Assembly: GCF_035594765.1 (NCBI RefSeq)
Contig: NC_085843.1
Location: 263,601,971-263,665,970, forward strand
Length of the DNA: 64,000 nt
Reading direction: 5' to 3'
Source of the DNA: Anolis carolinensis
Taxonomy: Eukaryota
Shown here: one piece after another, positions 25,265 through 38,107 of the stretch
How positions within the stretch are numbered: the stretch's first letter is position 1
How the letters are laid out: each line of letters opens with the position of its first letter
The notes under the pieces: generated by a model
The model's database searches: none
What the model saw: only the letters and a program-made list of their open reading frames with translations
Told to the model about the DNA's origin: nothing
Program-made: the position numbers and the translations under genes

Positions 25265-28191
25265 CTGGAGAGGAGAGAAACAAACAAGCAAGCACGCCTT
25301 CTGTTAAAATTACTTCTGTATGACACTCGTTTTCAGAAGCTTCCAAGCATCTGTAAAACAATAACTGGAGAAGTATTATATTTTGCGTTCCTTTCTGAAG
25401 TCCTTTTTCAACCAGATAACACTAATCTTCACATTTTTGCATCTTATTTCCAGGAGGGAATAAACAAAACAAAACACATTCCCATAATGAATTTGTGTGC
25501 CTGTTGCTAAGACACAAGCAAGGAAAATGCACAGGGATGTTGATCACTACCTTCGTGTTTGGAGAGCTATGCTATTGTTAGCATACCACATTTGCACTAG
25601 TTTGATGAAACCTTTCAGCAAAGATCAGAGTTCTGAGGTAGCCTACTTTAAAGTCAGAATTAGACCTTATTCATGGTGTGAGGATGTGACCAAAAAGCAA
25701 ATTACCAAATAAAGGTCTCTCTCCCTCCAATATGTAGGGATGGACAACCTCTCATAATGCTATCCTATTTAAGTCTGTTCTCTGTTATTCAAATGAATTA
25801 CCACAATCCTGTTTGGGTCTATATAGTATGACTCCTGTATCCATGGGGGATACGTTTCCAAACTTCATGTGGATATGCAAAACCACAGATAAGAGCTAAC
25901 GCTATTAAAATGAAGGATTGCTGGCTCAAGAATACCATAGATGACTTCATCACACTCACTTAAATCAGCATCCTACTATGCTTTCACCCTGTCTTGGGGA
26001 TGGAGCCCCATGCCGACCATCACATAACGTTGTGTGACTTCCGGCAGAGGCCCTGCCCCCAACAGGCGTGGAAGCCATGTTGGACACTTCCCCTACAACA
26101 CATGCCAGACATGATCCATGTTGTGCACAAATCTTCTGTAGAATGGTGACATTTCCCATGTGTGATGGGGAGAGCATCGCCAAGAGGGAGTTGTACATGG
26201 GTGACAGATTTGCCCTGCTGCTCCTCTCTTTTCACTGCGAAGCCAGGCGAAGTGGGACGCTTTGCCTGCCCTTTGTGATGAGGCCCAGAGTCATGCTGGA
26301 GGACCTAAAACTGCAGAAAGAGGGAATATGTTGTCAAACATTGATAAAGAAAACCACTGATATTTGTTCCATGGATATGAAGGTCATACCATAATAGGTC
26401 CACATGTGAACCAATGTTAGGCTAGCTTACTGAACTGCCTCTGAAACCTCTCCACTGCATGGCCATTCTGTGCTTCACGTAGAGCAAGTGGGATAGCAGA
26501 AACATCTGTCAAAATCACTAGAACCAGATGCAAAATTATTACAAGCAGTGGTAAGTCTTCTGGAGAACTATGATGATTCTCAGAGCTGATATCATCATTT
26601 TGCATCTAGCTACAAAGATGTAGCCATATGCTTATTCTGTCCTGTTTCCCACAAAATACAGAATGGCTATGCTGGGGCTTCAGAGGTTGGTCAGTAAATG
26701 TAGGTGGGAGATTTGAGCAGAGACAGGGAATACCAACCCTGCAGCATACAACAAAGGATAGATGTATATGTAATCCCAGCCAGAGGCTGATATTGCCAGA
26801 TAACACACATACAGACCCAATGGCATGTGTATAGATTCCTATATGTTACTGAAGGGAAGTGAGGGAGGATAACTTGGCATGGGAGAAACCAAGGCATTAC
26901 GTTCTACCCCAAACTCACAATCCTATACACGTTTCCTCTGCAGTTAAATGTGCATAGCTTTAGACTGTAAAAAGAAGAAGATGCATTCAAAAACATTTTG
27001 AATCGCATGAGGGATTAAGAGAAAATGGATTGTGAAGATGATCCCCCTTGGAGTTATTTCCGTCCCAGATCTGCTGGTAAATCCATTTTACATTATGCAT
27101 CCTGAAATCCTATGGGTACACGAAACACAGGAAACATCTAAACACTGCTATAAGGAATTGGGTTGTGTTCGTATCCATGCCAATACCATTAAAAGGGCTG
27201 ACAGACAGATTCCTGGAGGCAAGTACCCACTTGTATTTTTTTTCTTCAGCTCTCCAATTGGATATGACAAATTGCTAAAAGCACAAGAAAACTCAGCCTT
27301 CATTGCTGCAATTTGCCGTGCAGGGAATGTTCTTGTCTGTGCTCAGGCAATTTGCCCTCGAACTCTCATCAAGCCCTCTTTCTCCCTTTGGGGCAATTCA
27401 GGAAGAGGTTCACGCTCATTTACAAAGATTTATGAAGGAGACGGGACATCAGGCACACTAAAGACCCAAGCCTCATTCCAGGGCAGGAAGAAAAGAAATA
27501 TACACGCAAACAAAAGTTTATCCTTCCTCCCATGAAAGAGGTCTCAGTTGAGCTGTAACAGTAATGATCCAGAAAAGTCTTGTGAAAATAATCATCCCAA
27601 GCTTTTGAGTTTAGAGAAGAAAATAGAAGAAACAGGGAAAAGTTCTGGGTCCAAATAACAACACGGCCATTAAAGCAAAGGACACGGCACCGCAGATGGC
27701 AGTAGTGGTGTGTGGGGCAGAGAATATAGGAAAAGTTATTTTTTTAAAAAAACCTACAAACTGACATCTCCCCAAGCTCCATTCAGCAGGATTTCATCAT
27801 TGTTTAAAGCAGTAGCCTAGGAACAAGAAGCAGAATCTATCCCCAGTGCCTCTCTTATGATGGCCTTTAGCCCTGGTACCCACAACCACATCAGCATCCC
27901 AACCTCTGCCTGTCTCTTCCCTGCATGGAAGGAGAGGAGGAAAAGAGGAACATTAAAACAGCACCTACAAGCCAAGAAATGGAGGTTGGGGCAATAAGAA
28001 ATTTAGTTGTCATTCTGAACACCCGTTAGAATGAAAGGTGTGATAGGGAAAATGGCCTGTGCTGTGCTGTGCAGTGGCTTGAGCATTGGACTACGACTCT
28101 GGAGAGTGCAGTTAGCTTCCAATTCAGCCATGGAAATCCAGAGGGAGGCTCTCTCACTCTCAGAGGAAGGCAAAAGCAAAGTCCCTCTAAC

Positions 28192-28326
28192 CATTTGTTC
28201 TCAACTTGTGGGTCGCCAGATGTTTTGGCCTTCAACTCCCAGAAATCCTAAAAGCTGGTAAACTGGCTGGGATTTCTGGGAGTTGTAGGCCAAAACACCT
28301 GGGGACCCACAGGTTGAGAACCACTG
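28192..28326. mobile_element. hAT MITE (palindromic)
   Basis: Degenerate CAGTGGTTCTCAACC TIRs; same family as 36110-36244. Confidence 0.8.
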
Positions 28327-30073
28327 CTCTAAGCAAACCTTTCAAAGAAAACCTCATTATAAGTTGGCCTTAGGGTTACCATAAATCAGAAATGACTCAA
28401 AGGCAAAAGAACAACCACCACCCCTCCTGGAGTATTTTGTGGAAACAAAACAACACACTGACTCCTCATCATTCATACCTCCCTCTCTCATGGCATCACA
28501 GCATCGTGTTCTTCATTTTTCCTTCCTTCTCACTGCAGGGACTCAACAGAGAAGGGAAGACTAGGGAGAGCAACTTTTGAAAGCATTAATGGGCTGGTGG
28601 CTAAAGGGTCCTTGGTTTCCCAGAATGCCCTAACTCTACATATAAAGGTGTGGACTATCAACTGCTCCATTGGTGCAACTGCTCTGGACCCTTTCACACC
28701 ACAAATTCATAGTACTATGATTCTACTCCCCTCGACATGGCTTCATCCTATTGAGACCTGGGATTAGCTGTTGGGTGAGGCACTAGACTGTGCTCCAATT
28801 GAGAATTCGAAACACCCTCCCTAAACTACAAATCTCGGGGCAGAAGTATCAGCTCTTTTCTGATATTGGAAAACAGAAAACCCTGGTCTGAAATCATATT
28901 AGGTAATTTTATCGCATATTAATAACTTCTTATATGTTATTCTATATGACCTTCTAAGAATTTTTGACTTTATTTTGATTGTTGTAAGACATTTTGAGTT
29001 CCAACATTTGGGGGAAAGGCACAAAACAAGAGAATAAACAACAACACAAACACAGAGGTTCTCTTATTCTAAGAGTATGCCCCCTTTGTTCCCCACTATT
29101 TTTCATATCCTTTAAATTGTTGGAAATTGGGATACTAGAGAAAAAAGAAAGTAGGTCTTGGAAACTTGAAATCTCCCTGTGGCTTCAGAATCTACCTCCA
29201 CAAGCTGCAGGAACTTTCTAGCCAAATTGTTTATTGCTATAAATTGTCTAATATGTGTTAAAGCTGCTTAAGATTGTAGAATTTTATTTCAGTCTCTCTT
29301 CTTTCACATCATAATTTGAGCACTGCATGCATATGGTCTAAGCTGGAAGATTTGCAAGGAAAACAACATACACAGCACTTGCCTCTTTGTGTAATTCTTC
29401 CCCAGAAATTTCATGCAGTTCTTCAGCACATACACAGAGCCTAACTGTACGGGGGCGGTTGTGGTGGTTTTGCTTGGATGATAGCAACTCTGAAATATTT
29501 GTTAACATACTTGAACCCTGTTGTTCTCTCAAAATGACAGGTGGATAACAGTTCAAAGTACAAACTAAACAGAAGAAAAAAAGCCTGAAGAATTTGCAAA
29601 TCAAATAAACAATAGAAAGCAGAATGGTAAAACAGTAAGCGATATATCCGCCAACAATATCCTCAGCAGAAGAAACTCCAATAACTAAGCCATGGATGGG
29701 CAATCTATGGCGCTAACAATATTACTAAATATTTTAGGAGCCCTCATCATGGGCTATACTGGCTAAGGCTGATGGAAACTGCAGTCCAACCACATCTCAC
29801 AAATTGCACACCAGTTTTAAACATTTTCTGGATCTAAAGGATTATATAATCTTTTTTTTAATCAGGAGCCACATACTGAGGGCCAGAAGTTTAAGTCCAT
29901 CCACACCTTTATTACCTAGGATACCACCATTTTTATGTAGATACACACTTCACTTCACTCAGTCACTTAATCTCCTTAGCTTTCATGCAGATCACAACAT
30001 CTTTTCTATTTATCCCGAACCATATCTATTTCAAGTACGAGTTGACCAGTGTACCAAAATGGTGTTTGAGTTG

Positions 30074-31860
30074 GGCAACATGGCGTAGAGCAAGGGTCCT
30101 CAAACTTTTTAAGCAGAGGGCCGGTCCATGGTCCCTTAGAGTGTTGGGGGGCCAGACTATAGTTTGAAAAAAATACCAACAAATTCCTATGCACACTGTG
30201 CATGTCTTATTTGTAGTGCAAAACAAATATGAAAGAATACAATATTTAAAAATAAGAACAATTTTAACAAACATAAACCTACCAGGATTTCAATGGGAAG
30301 CATAAGCCTGCTTCTTGCTGATGAGATGGTCAAGTTACTTAGGATTGTTGTTGTTGTTGTTCTGTGCCTTCAAGTCATTTCAGACTTAGGGCAAGCCTAA
30401 GTCTAAAACTGAGGGCGGGGGCCAGATAAATGACCTTGGAGGGCCGCATTCGGCCCGTGGGCCTTAGTTTGGGGACCCCTGGCGTAGAGGATCTTTCACT
30501 TTTGATATTTTTTAAACATTTCATTGTGTAGTCCATGCTCTCTCTGCATTTGGAGAGACATCCCAATGAGCCATCTTTCGAGGGAGACATGGCATGGTCA
30601 AGTCAAACAATTGAGCTCGTAGAGACTGCGCTACCCACCCAATGCTATGGTGCAGAGACATGGACAACGACAAAGGCTCTCTCGGAACAACTACGGGTTG
30701 CACATGTCTCCCTTGAAAGATGGCTCATTGGGATGTCTCTCCAAACGCAGAGAGAACACAGACTGCACAACGGGGATGTTAAAAAAATATCAAAAGTGAA
30801 AGATCCTCTACGCCATGTTGCCTCACTTGTCTTCACTTTTGTCGACTACAAGAAGGCATTTGATAGCACGGAACTATTAAAGCCATTGCAGACTCTTGTA
30901 GTTGTCAAAAGTGAGAACAAGTGGCATCTGGTATTCATGGGTGATTTCTAATATTCGATTAACAGTCAGGATGTGATCAATGGTGGAGAATAAGTGATGG
31001 AATCCAGCTTGTTCAACCGTCTGTGCCTCCTCTAATATTCTCCTGATGTGGGCTAGAATACACCTGGTGAAGACTTTGTAGTTAACCGGTAGGAGAGTAA
31101 TTGGGCGGTAGTTCCTCATATCTTCTATGCCTCCTTTCTTGAATAACAAGATCATTTTTGAGGTGTTCCAGGTCTTCAGTACACAGCTGTCCGCTAGATA
31201 ATGAAAGAAGTGGCAGGTGAGTTCTTTGTAAAGAGGAGGTCCGCATGTTTTTAAAAGTTCTCCGATGATGCTGTCTTGATGTGGAGCCTTTTCAGCTGGC
31301 ATGCTTTTTGATGGTCGAACGAACTTCAGATGAGAGAAAGAAAGGGTGGTGTTGGATGGAGAAGGAAGGCCAAGCCCTTGTGGTAGAGCACTGTGAAATA
31401 GGTCAGTGTAAAGAAATCGCATCTCTGGCTCAATTGAGAAATTTGGAAGTGACTTGGTTGCCTTTTCTGGTCTTTAAACACGGGATTATCAATCTATACT
31501 CTGCCATTTCACGGTAAGTTTTTTTCAGACTCCTTTTGGCTTCAGCTGTGGACAGCAATTGTGACTTCTCATAAGCCTTGTGATCATGAGCTATGATGAG
31601 CTCTGCATGTTTTGGATAGTTTGTGAAATTTAGGAGAGGATCAATTAGTGTTTCTTTTCTCTAACAGACATCTCGTTTCTTCTGACAACCTTCTTGTGTC
31701 ATGGCAGGAGGCATGAGTTGTGGCTGTTTGGTTGATTCCAGCAAGCGTTGTTCGTAGTCCTTGTCAATGTCAGGCAAAAAGAAATAAACTGTTGAGGCTG
31801 CTACTGTTGAGGCTGCATCAGCTTCTAGTCGTTGTGGGGGTTTTCTGTTCAACAGTTGGT
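30074..31860. mobile_element. Rearranged RTE-clade (RTE-1-type) LINE relic with segments in both orientations
   Basis: Minus strand: KAP.QDSI..ELLK, FKKG..EDMRNYRPITLLPVNYKVFT, EQAGF, STIDHI, EYQMPLVLTF. Plus strand: FVDYKKAFDS and CYGAETW. Confidence 0.9.
30091..30481. mobile_element. hAT non-autonomous element nested in the RTE relic
   Basis: TIRs CAAGGGTCCTCAAACT / AGTTTGGGGACCCCTG with a perfect 8-bp TSD, GCGTAGAG (30083-30090 and 30482-30489). Confidence 0.92.
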
Positions 31861-32659
31861 CGAACTTACCGCTATTCTAGCTGAGATGAAATTCCGAACA
31901 TACACACACCCTATGTGAAGAACAAAGAGTCTTGGCAGAATCTTTTCTATACCAAACTGAGCTGGCTAGGCGTGTTATCTTGGCTCATAAAAAGTACAGA
32001 ATGGCTTTGTTTTCATTTGTGTGTAAATCACAGGAGAAAGACAAGATATAAGTAAAATAAAACAAATAAAGAGGAAAACGCCTAGCTCTTAAAATCTGGT
32101 TATGAACCTCTGTGTACTCAACTACATAAATCAATACAAGAGTTCTCGCTACTGCACATATAAGGAATATTCTCGAGAATGGGAACATTCTCACAGAAAC
32201 CCAATGGGAAGATTCATTGCTTTTACACATCAATGCTAACTGACCACTGTAAAATATGAAAGAGCTGAACCCCTTCACCAAGTCATTTGTATCTTTGGAG
32301 ATTCTTTTACATTCTGTCTTACGCCCATAACTGTATAAATATGCTTTATACGAGCAGCTTTAATACCACCTGGTACTGTATCCAAAGCAATTGATTTATG
32401 ACCACAAAAGCACATAATAAAATGAAAACCCTGGGCGCCTGTGCCATTTCGTTTCTTTTTTCCTTTCTCTCTGTTTGGAGATTTTGTTCAGTTTGATTTT
32501 TTTTTAAATTATCACTTTCCTTCCTGGGTTTCTCCATCAATAATGAAGAATGAACTTGTAGTGGCAAAAACTCAAAGAGTGGGGGAAAGTAGAAGAGATT
32601 TGCCCAACCCTATTATGGAATGCAAGGGAAGAACTCAGATGGAACTTTCACCTCTGAGT

Positions 32660-32907
32660 ATCATAGAATCATAGAATCATAGAATAGTAGAGTTGGAAGA
32701 GACCACATGGGCCATCTAGTCCAACCCCCTGCTAAGAAGCAGGAAATCGCATTCAAAGCACCCCCGACAGATGGCCATCCAGCCTCTGCTTAAAAGCCTC
32801 CAAGGAAGGAGCCTCCACCACAGCCCCGGGGAGAGAGTTCCACTGTCGAACAGCCCTCACAGTGAGGAAGTTCTTCCTGATGTTCAGGTGGAATCTCCTT
32901 TCCTGTA
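32660..32907 (-). mobile_element. CR1 3' end fragment
   Basis: (CATAGAAT)n is the reverse complement of the CR1 tail; reverse-complement similarity to 11030-11262. Confidence 0.92.
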
Positions 32908-34658
32908 AAAGGAATGCAGTTCCTTGCTGAGGTCTTTATTGTATTATGAATACAATGAAGGACAGAAACTAATACATCAACCCACAATATAGATTAACAT
33001 ATGAGACTAACCACGAGCAACATAATCAGTGGCTAGCTGGCTTGGGAGAAAAGTGAGGCAAAAATTAATTAATGGAATAAAATCTATATTATCCCTGACC
33101 TAATTATTATTTGTATTCCAACATCAATTGTTTAATGGTGATGAGATGCTTAAGAGTAAGAGAGCCAGTGTGATGGAGTGGTTTGAGCACTGAACTATGA
33201 CTCTGGAGGCTCTAGGTTTGGCCACGGAAACCCACTGGTTGACTTTAAGCAAATTACACACTCTCAACCCCAGAAAATCCTGTGATAGGTTCACCATTCA
33301 TCTGAAACAATGTGAAGGCACATGAAGAAGCTTAAGTCTACATTAGCTGGGCCTACCACAGTATCTCTACTCTTCCTTCTTTTGATGTCATTCTTATTTC
33401 CTCAGTTGTCTTCAAGGTCATAGAATATGGTTTCTTAAGCCTACACAAACAGTATCACCATACTGTTTAGTGTCACTTCTTCTTAACAATGTGTTGATTA
33501 AATATCATGATACCTCAAATGTCAGGAACAGATGGTTAAGAAAGCTATCATCTCTGGATGGACTACAAGCCAACAGACTGTAACACACAATAATAAACAT
33601 TTTAAGCAGAGCATCCACCTCTAGCTCATGGCCCCCTCCTTCCCCATTTCTGACTCACTCTTCTTTTCCTCGCCTCCATGCCCTTATGCAAGGAAAAGTG
33701 GCTTATAGCTGCTTATGTAAAACATAATGCATAAATCTTAACAGCACATAAAGCCTTTAGTTGGATGTGAAGAGTTTCCTTTAAACATTCCTCATGTTAT
33801 TTGCCTTTTAGAAGAATCCTTAAACATCCTCATTATGAAATGAAAAATTGTGCATTTCAAGCTCCTGCTGAAGCAGGAGGATTTTTCAAGCTTTTCCATA
33901 TTTGGGAGGGCATGGCTGCATGTTGTTAGAAAAGCTGAAGTCAAAGGAATGGAAAGGTTTACATGAATAAACTTTCGTTCTATCAGGAGCCTGCAGTTTG
34001 CTGCTCTGCAACTCAGCAGGCCTTTATACTCCACAGGGAGTTTGTACAGGGCAGCCCTCTACACGGATCTCCAACTAGAGATATATTTATATAGACATCT
34101 ATTCCTCCGCAATGGAATGTCCCCAGAAGGCATCTGTAGCACTTTGCAAGTAAAGAAAAACAAGGTGGAGGAAAAGACAAGCAAATGTTATTGGAGCAAC
34201 ATTTCCCTGAAGGATCCTTGGAGGTGTTTGTTGTTTAATTTTAAAAACAAAAATGTGGATATAACTTAAACAAATATGAGAAAGGGGTGGATGGAGTGAT
34301 TCTTTCTTAATACTAGACCTTTGAGTGACTAAAATGAACATGCTTTCATTGGATTTCAGAACTGGTTTTGGACAAATTTTAGTAAACCCACAGAATTTAT
34401 TTCTACAGGATGTGATAGGGGAAAGCAATCAGTCTATAGGGCTTACAAAAGACAAAAAGGATCTGCAACAAACATGCCTTGTGTGGCATGTGTCTGTTCT
34501 GGGATCTAGCTTGTCCTTAGCAGAACTTTATATTTAATGCCAGTTTTTTCTATTATCTTCTCAACCAGCAGTCGGTTAGTATTCCAAGGCCAACGGACCT
34601 GCTTAGTCCTGTTGGGTGGTAATTAATGCTCATTTTATAAGGGCATTGTAAAGCGGTA

Positions 34659-35040
34659 CACTAGAGTCTCGCTTATCCAACATAAAACGGTCCAGCAAAA
34701 CGTTGGATAAGTGGAAATGTTGGAAAATAAGGAGGGATTAAGGAAAAACCTATTAAACGTCAAATTACGTTATGATTTTACAAATTAAGCACCAAAACAT
34801 AATATTTTACAACAAATCGACAGAAAAAGCAATCAATACATGGTAATGTTATGTAGCACTTACTGTATTTACAAATTTAACACCAAAACATCCCAACATA
34901 TTGAAAACATTGACTACAAAAATACTGGCTACTAAAAATTGACTACAAATAAAGATAGAATTGCTGCCTAGAGAAACAACTGTGGATCTGGACAGGAGGC
35001 AGACTGCGTTGGATAATACAGAACATTGGATAAGCAAGAA
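34659..35040. mobile_element. Mariner-type MITE, diverged and inverted relative of 23292-23609
   Basis: TA-CACTAGAGTCTCGCTTATCCAAC end, plus internal reverse-complement homology. Confidence 0.75.
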
Positions 35041-36109
35041 AGATGCAAGATGTCCAGTAGCTGAATTGGAGCAGCACATCTGTAGTAAACAGTGCAATTA
35101 AACTTGAGTTGGGACAGAATGAATGGTGAAAAAGCTCCCTCTATGTGGTGCAAGAACCTAAAAAATCCAAAAACCAAAGTTTAATTTCACTATTTTATAG
35201 AAGGGACAGCAATTGTTTATGTTGTTGTATATAATGGGAATTAGGCATCCACAGATTTAGGAGTTACTGGAACCAAACCCCAGTAGATACCAGGGAATCA
35301 CTATAGTGCAATACAACAAATCTGGGGACCAAAGTAAAATTAAATCAGTAGCAGAGGAGAGTCCTATTTGTATGAGGGCAACGCTCCAGTTTTGTTTCTC
35401 CCTCCTCCCATGTTAGGAAAGTAAAAAGAATCCAAAAGAAAAAAGGAGAAGCAATTTGAAGCAGATGCAGAGAGGTATGAAACTTAGCATGCATCTCCTG
35501 ATGCCAGCTCCCAAATCTTTAAATGCAATTTTAAAAACAAAAACAATCCCTTACAATAAAGTACATGAAACATATTGGCAAGGGAGAGAGAAAAAACACC
35601 TAAAGCTACATTTTCAGCCAGCAGGAGTGCTTGCTGCTGATTATTTAGTGGGGAATTCAGAATATTTATCTCTTTAATGAGGTCTCGTTTTCGGGATTAC
35701 AATTATCAGGTTCGAATGTTAATTGCTAATAGGTGCTCTGCTGTTAAAGACTACTTATTCTTTTAAGGGTAGTGGCTCTGCATCTACCCCCTCTCCCATA
35801 GAGAATTACTGACTGCTTTGAGTGAATTGCATGATTACAGGCCACAAAACACCATTAGAAAGTAGTGCAAGTCATTTATACTTTCTGAATCTATCTTCCA
35901 GTTGCTGTTGTTTTCTATAAAGTTTCCGTCTTGTATGGACCGTTTGCAAAAATATAAACTTGGAAGTCAATCAAGGGGATCTTTCATGTTACAGTAGGCG
36001 GTCCATTTTTATGGGGGAAAGGGATGCAGGGGTGCCATGAAAGGGGAGAAAACCACAAATTTTGAAAAATGCTTAAATTTTTTTCCCTGTTCTCTAGGAA
36101 TCTCTCGTT

Positions 36110-36244
36110 CGGTGGTCCTCAACCTGTGGGTCCCCAGGTGTTTTGGCCTACAACTCCCAGAAATCTCGGCCAGTTTACCAGCTGTAAGGATTTCTAGGAG
36201 CTGAGGGCCAAAACATCTGGGGACCCACAGGTTGAGAACCACTG
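36110..36244. mobile_element. hAT MITE (palindromic)
   Basis: TIRs CGGTGGTCCTCAACCTGTGGGTCCCCAG / CTGGGGACCCACAGGTTGAGAACCACTG. Confidence 0.85.
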
Positions 36245-37016
36245 CTCTATTTCCTTTAGCACAGGAGTGTAAAACACATTATCATGAAGGGCCACATGAG
36301 CTTTATGGTTGCCTTCAAAGGGCCATTGATCTATGGATACAGGATGCAAGATACAGCAATGACAGTTACTGTGGAGCGCTGTGATTTTGCAGTGTGAAGG
36401 TGCCTCAGGACCCGAAGCAGGCCATAAGATTGCAAGCCACTTTCCAGTTTTGCCAAATTCAAGCTTGCCAAGTATTTTAATTATTTAAAATGCATAAAAA
36501 TTTGCAATGTACCAGAAAACAGATTGTCATTTTTTTCCTGAAATTAATTATAAATGAATTTTTCATTAAATATTATTAAACTCATTAAAAATTTTCCCCA
36601 GTCATCACTAACAAATAAAATCCCACATGATACATGATTAATTAATGTTAAATTTATATTTATATATAACTGAACTGCAAATGTACTTAAATTTACTTTA
36701 ATTAATGTATTAACTATTCATGTTGAACTAAAGTGACTGTGATACTGATTATCCCACTGAATATACAAGTTGAGTATCCCTTATCTGGAATTCTGAAATC
36801 CGAAATACTCCAAAACCCAAAACTGTCTACATAGGTTGCTGAGAAAGGGACACCTTTGCTTTCTGATGGTTCGATGTACACAAACTTTGTTTCATGCATA
36901 CCATTATTAAAGATATTGTGTATAAAGTTACCTTCAGGCTATGTGTATATGATACGTATGTTTCATAAATGATTTTTGTGTTTAGATTTGGATCCCATGT
37001 CCAGAAAACATCTCTA

Positions 37017-38107
37017 TGTCAAAGACAGAACGCCACCAAATAGAGTAAAACTCAGTTTATTGAGGTTACAAAACTGAAAATGCCCGTAGGAAACAAAGGA
37101 TTAGGCAAACACTTGACTTCAGTGTGAAAAGTAACAAAAACAGCTCCATTTGAACTAAAACGGTTCAAAAGGATAAACCGGATTAAACAGGAGTTTAATC
37201 CGGATTAAATCAAAAGTGCTTACTTCAGCCTGCAAATTTAGCAAACAAAAGAGGATTAACAAAGGTCAGAATGAACACAATAAACTAGCAGCAGATTCCT
37301 CTCTGCTACTCAAAAGCTACAGATGAGTAAATCAGGCTGTTTACTCCTCCGTGCAACGAGCGAAATCCGGGTCCAGGCACATCAATCAGGGTAACGGCAG
37401 TCAGCAGGGTCTCAATCCGGTCCAAGGTCGAAAGCCAAGTGCAGACGTCTAGAATTCCACAAGTCCCACCGATAGCCACAGAAGGGATAATCCGGGGTCG
37501 AAGTCAGTCAGTCCAGCGTCAATCCAGAGTAGGTAATTAATGTCCGTCAAAAAGACGACGGAGGTCCAAGGTATCCAGCAACGAATCACACCCGTCTTCA
37601 GGAAGTTCCCCAACAAGAGCCCAAGCGTTCGTCCAGATTACCTTGCCCAACGCAATTAGACATTGATCCTAAACCCCATTTTATCCCAGTTCAAACTCAT
37701 CATCACTGTCAGCTGCCATCCTAATCCCAGGTGCCTCATCATCATCATCCTCATCAGAGCTAAAACACCTTTGACTACGCCCCACAGCATCCCCAGCTGT
37801 GGATCGCGCTCCATCCCTCCAGCCCGTCCATGGGTCTGATCCTGCAACCCGCCAATCGCCTCCCATGCTTTCATTGCCGGTGACACCCAAATCCTCCCTC
37901 ACACGAGTCCACTCCATGTCATCCTCCTCCGAGCTGACCATTTCTTCCTCCATTCCCTCGGTAAAACCCTCAAAAGAGTCCTCATCTGTTGGTTCTGCAA
38001 ATAAGTCCCGGAGCCGTTTCCTTTCACGCTCCTCAAAAGAGTCTGACTCTCGAGGAGTCTTACGACCCCGTCTCCTAGTATCGGAGCCAGAAGGCTCAAC
38101 CATAACA
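37017..38107 (-). mobile_element. Solo LTR (1091 bp), probably Gypsy-type
   Basis: TGT...ACA termini and a perfect 5-bp TSD, CTCTA (37012-37016 and 38108-38112). Minus-strand AATAAA at 37056-37061, ~40 nt from the 3' end; TATA-like GATAAAA near 37680; CpG-rich relative to the flanks. Confidence 0.88.
37681..38103 (-). CDS. LTR(U3)-encoded 140-aa acidic ORF with basic NLS-like patches and an FxGF motif (putative)
   Basis: Intact ORF whose ATG is at nt 5 of the LTR; 41/140 residues are D/E; contains RRRGRK, RERKRLR and LRDLFAEPTDEDSFEGF. Expression is unproven. Confidence 0.5.
   Translation of the reverse strand: MVEPSGSDTRRRGRKTPRESDSFEERERKRLRDLFAEPTDEDSFEGFTEGMEEEMVSSEEDDMEWTRVREDLGVTGNESMGGDWRVAGSDPWTGWRDGARSTAGDAVGRSQRCFSSDEDDDDEAPGIRMAADSDDEFELG

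Noticed and set aside
25265-25361. N-terminal part of ORF 24918-25361 (and likewise the extensions of ORF 41003-41272)
   Set aside because: These are intronic read-through beyond the splice sites; only 24918-25264 and 41059-41220 match PPM1L.
27032-27535. 167-aa ORF
   Set aside because: Non-ATG start, no recognisable domain, and antisense within the PPM1L intron; probably a chance ORF.
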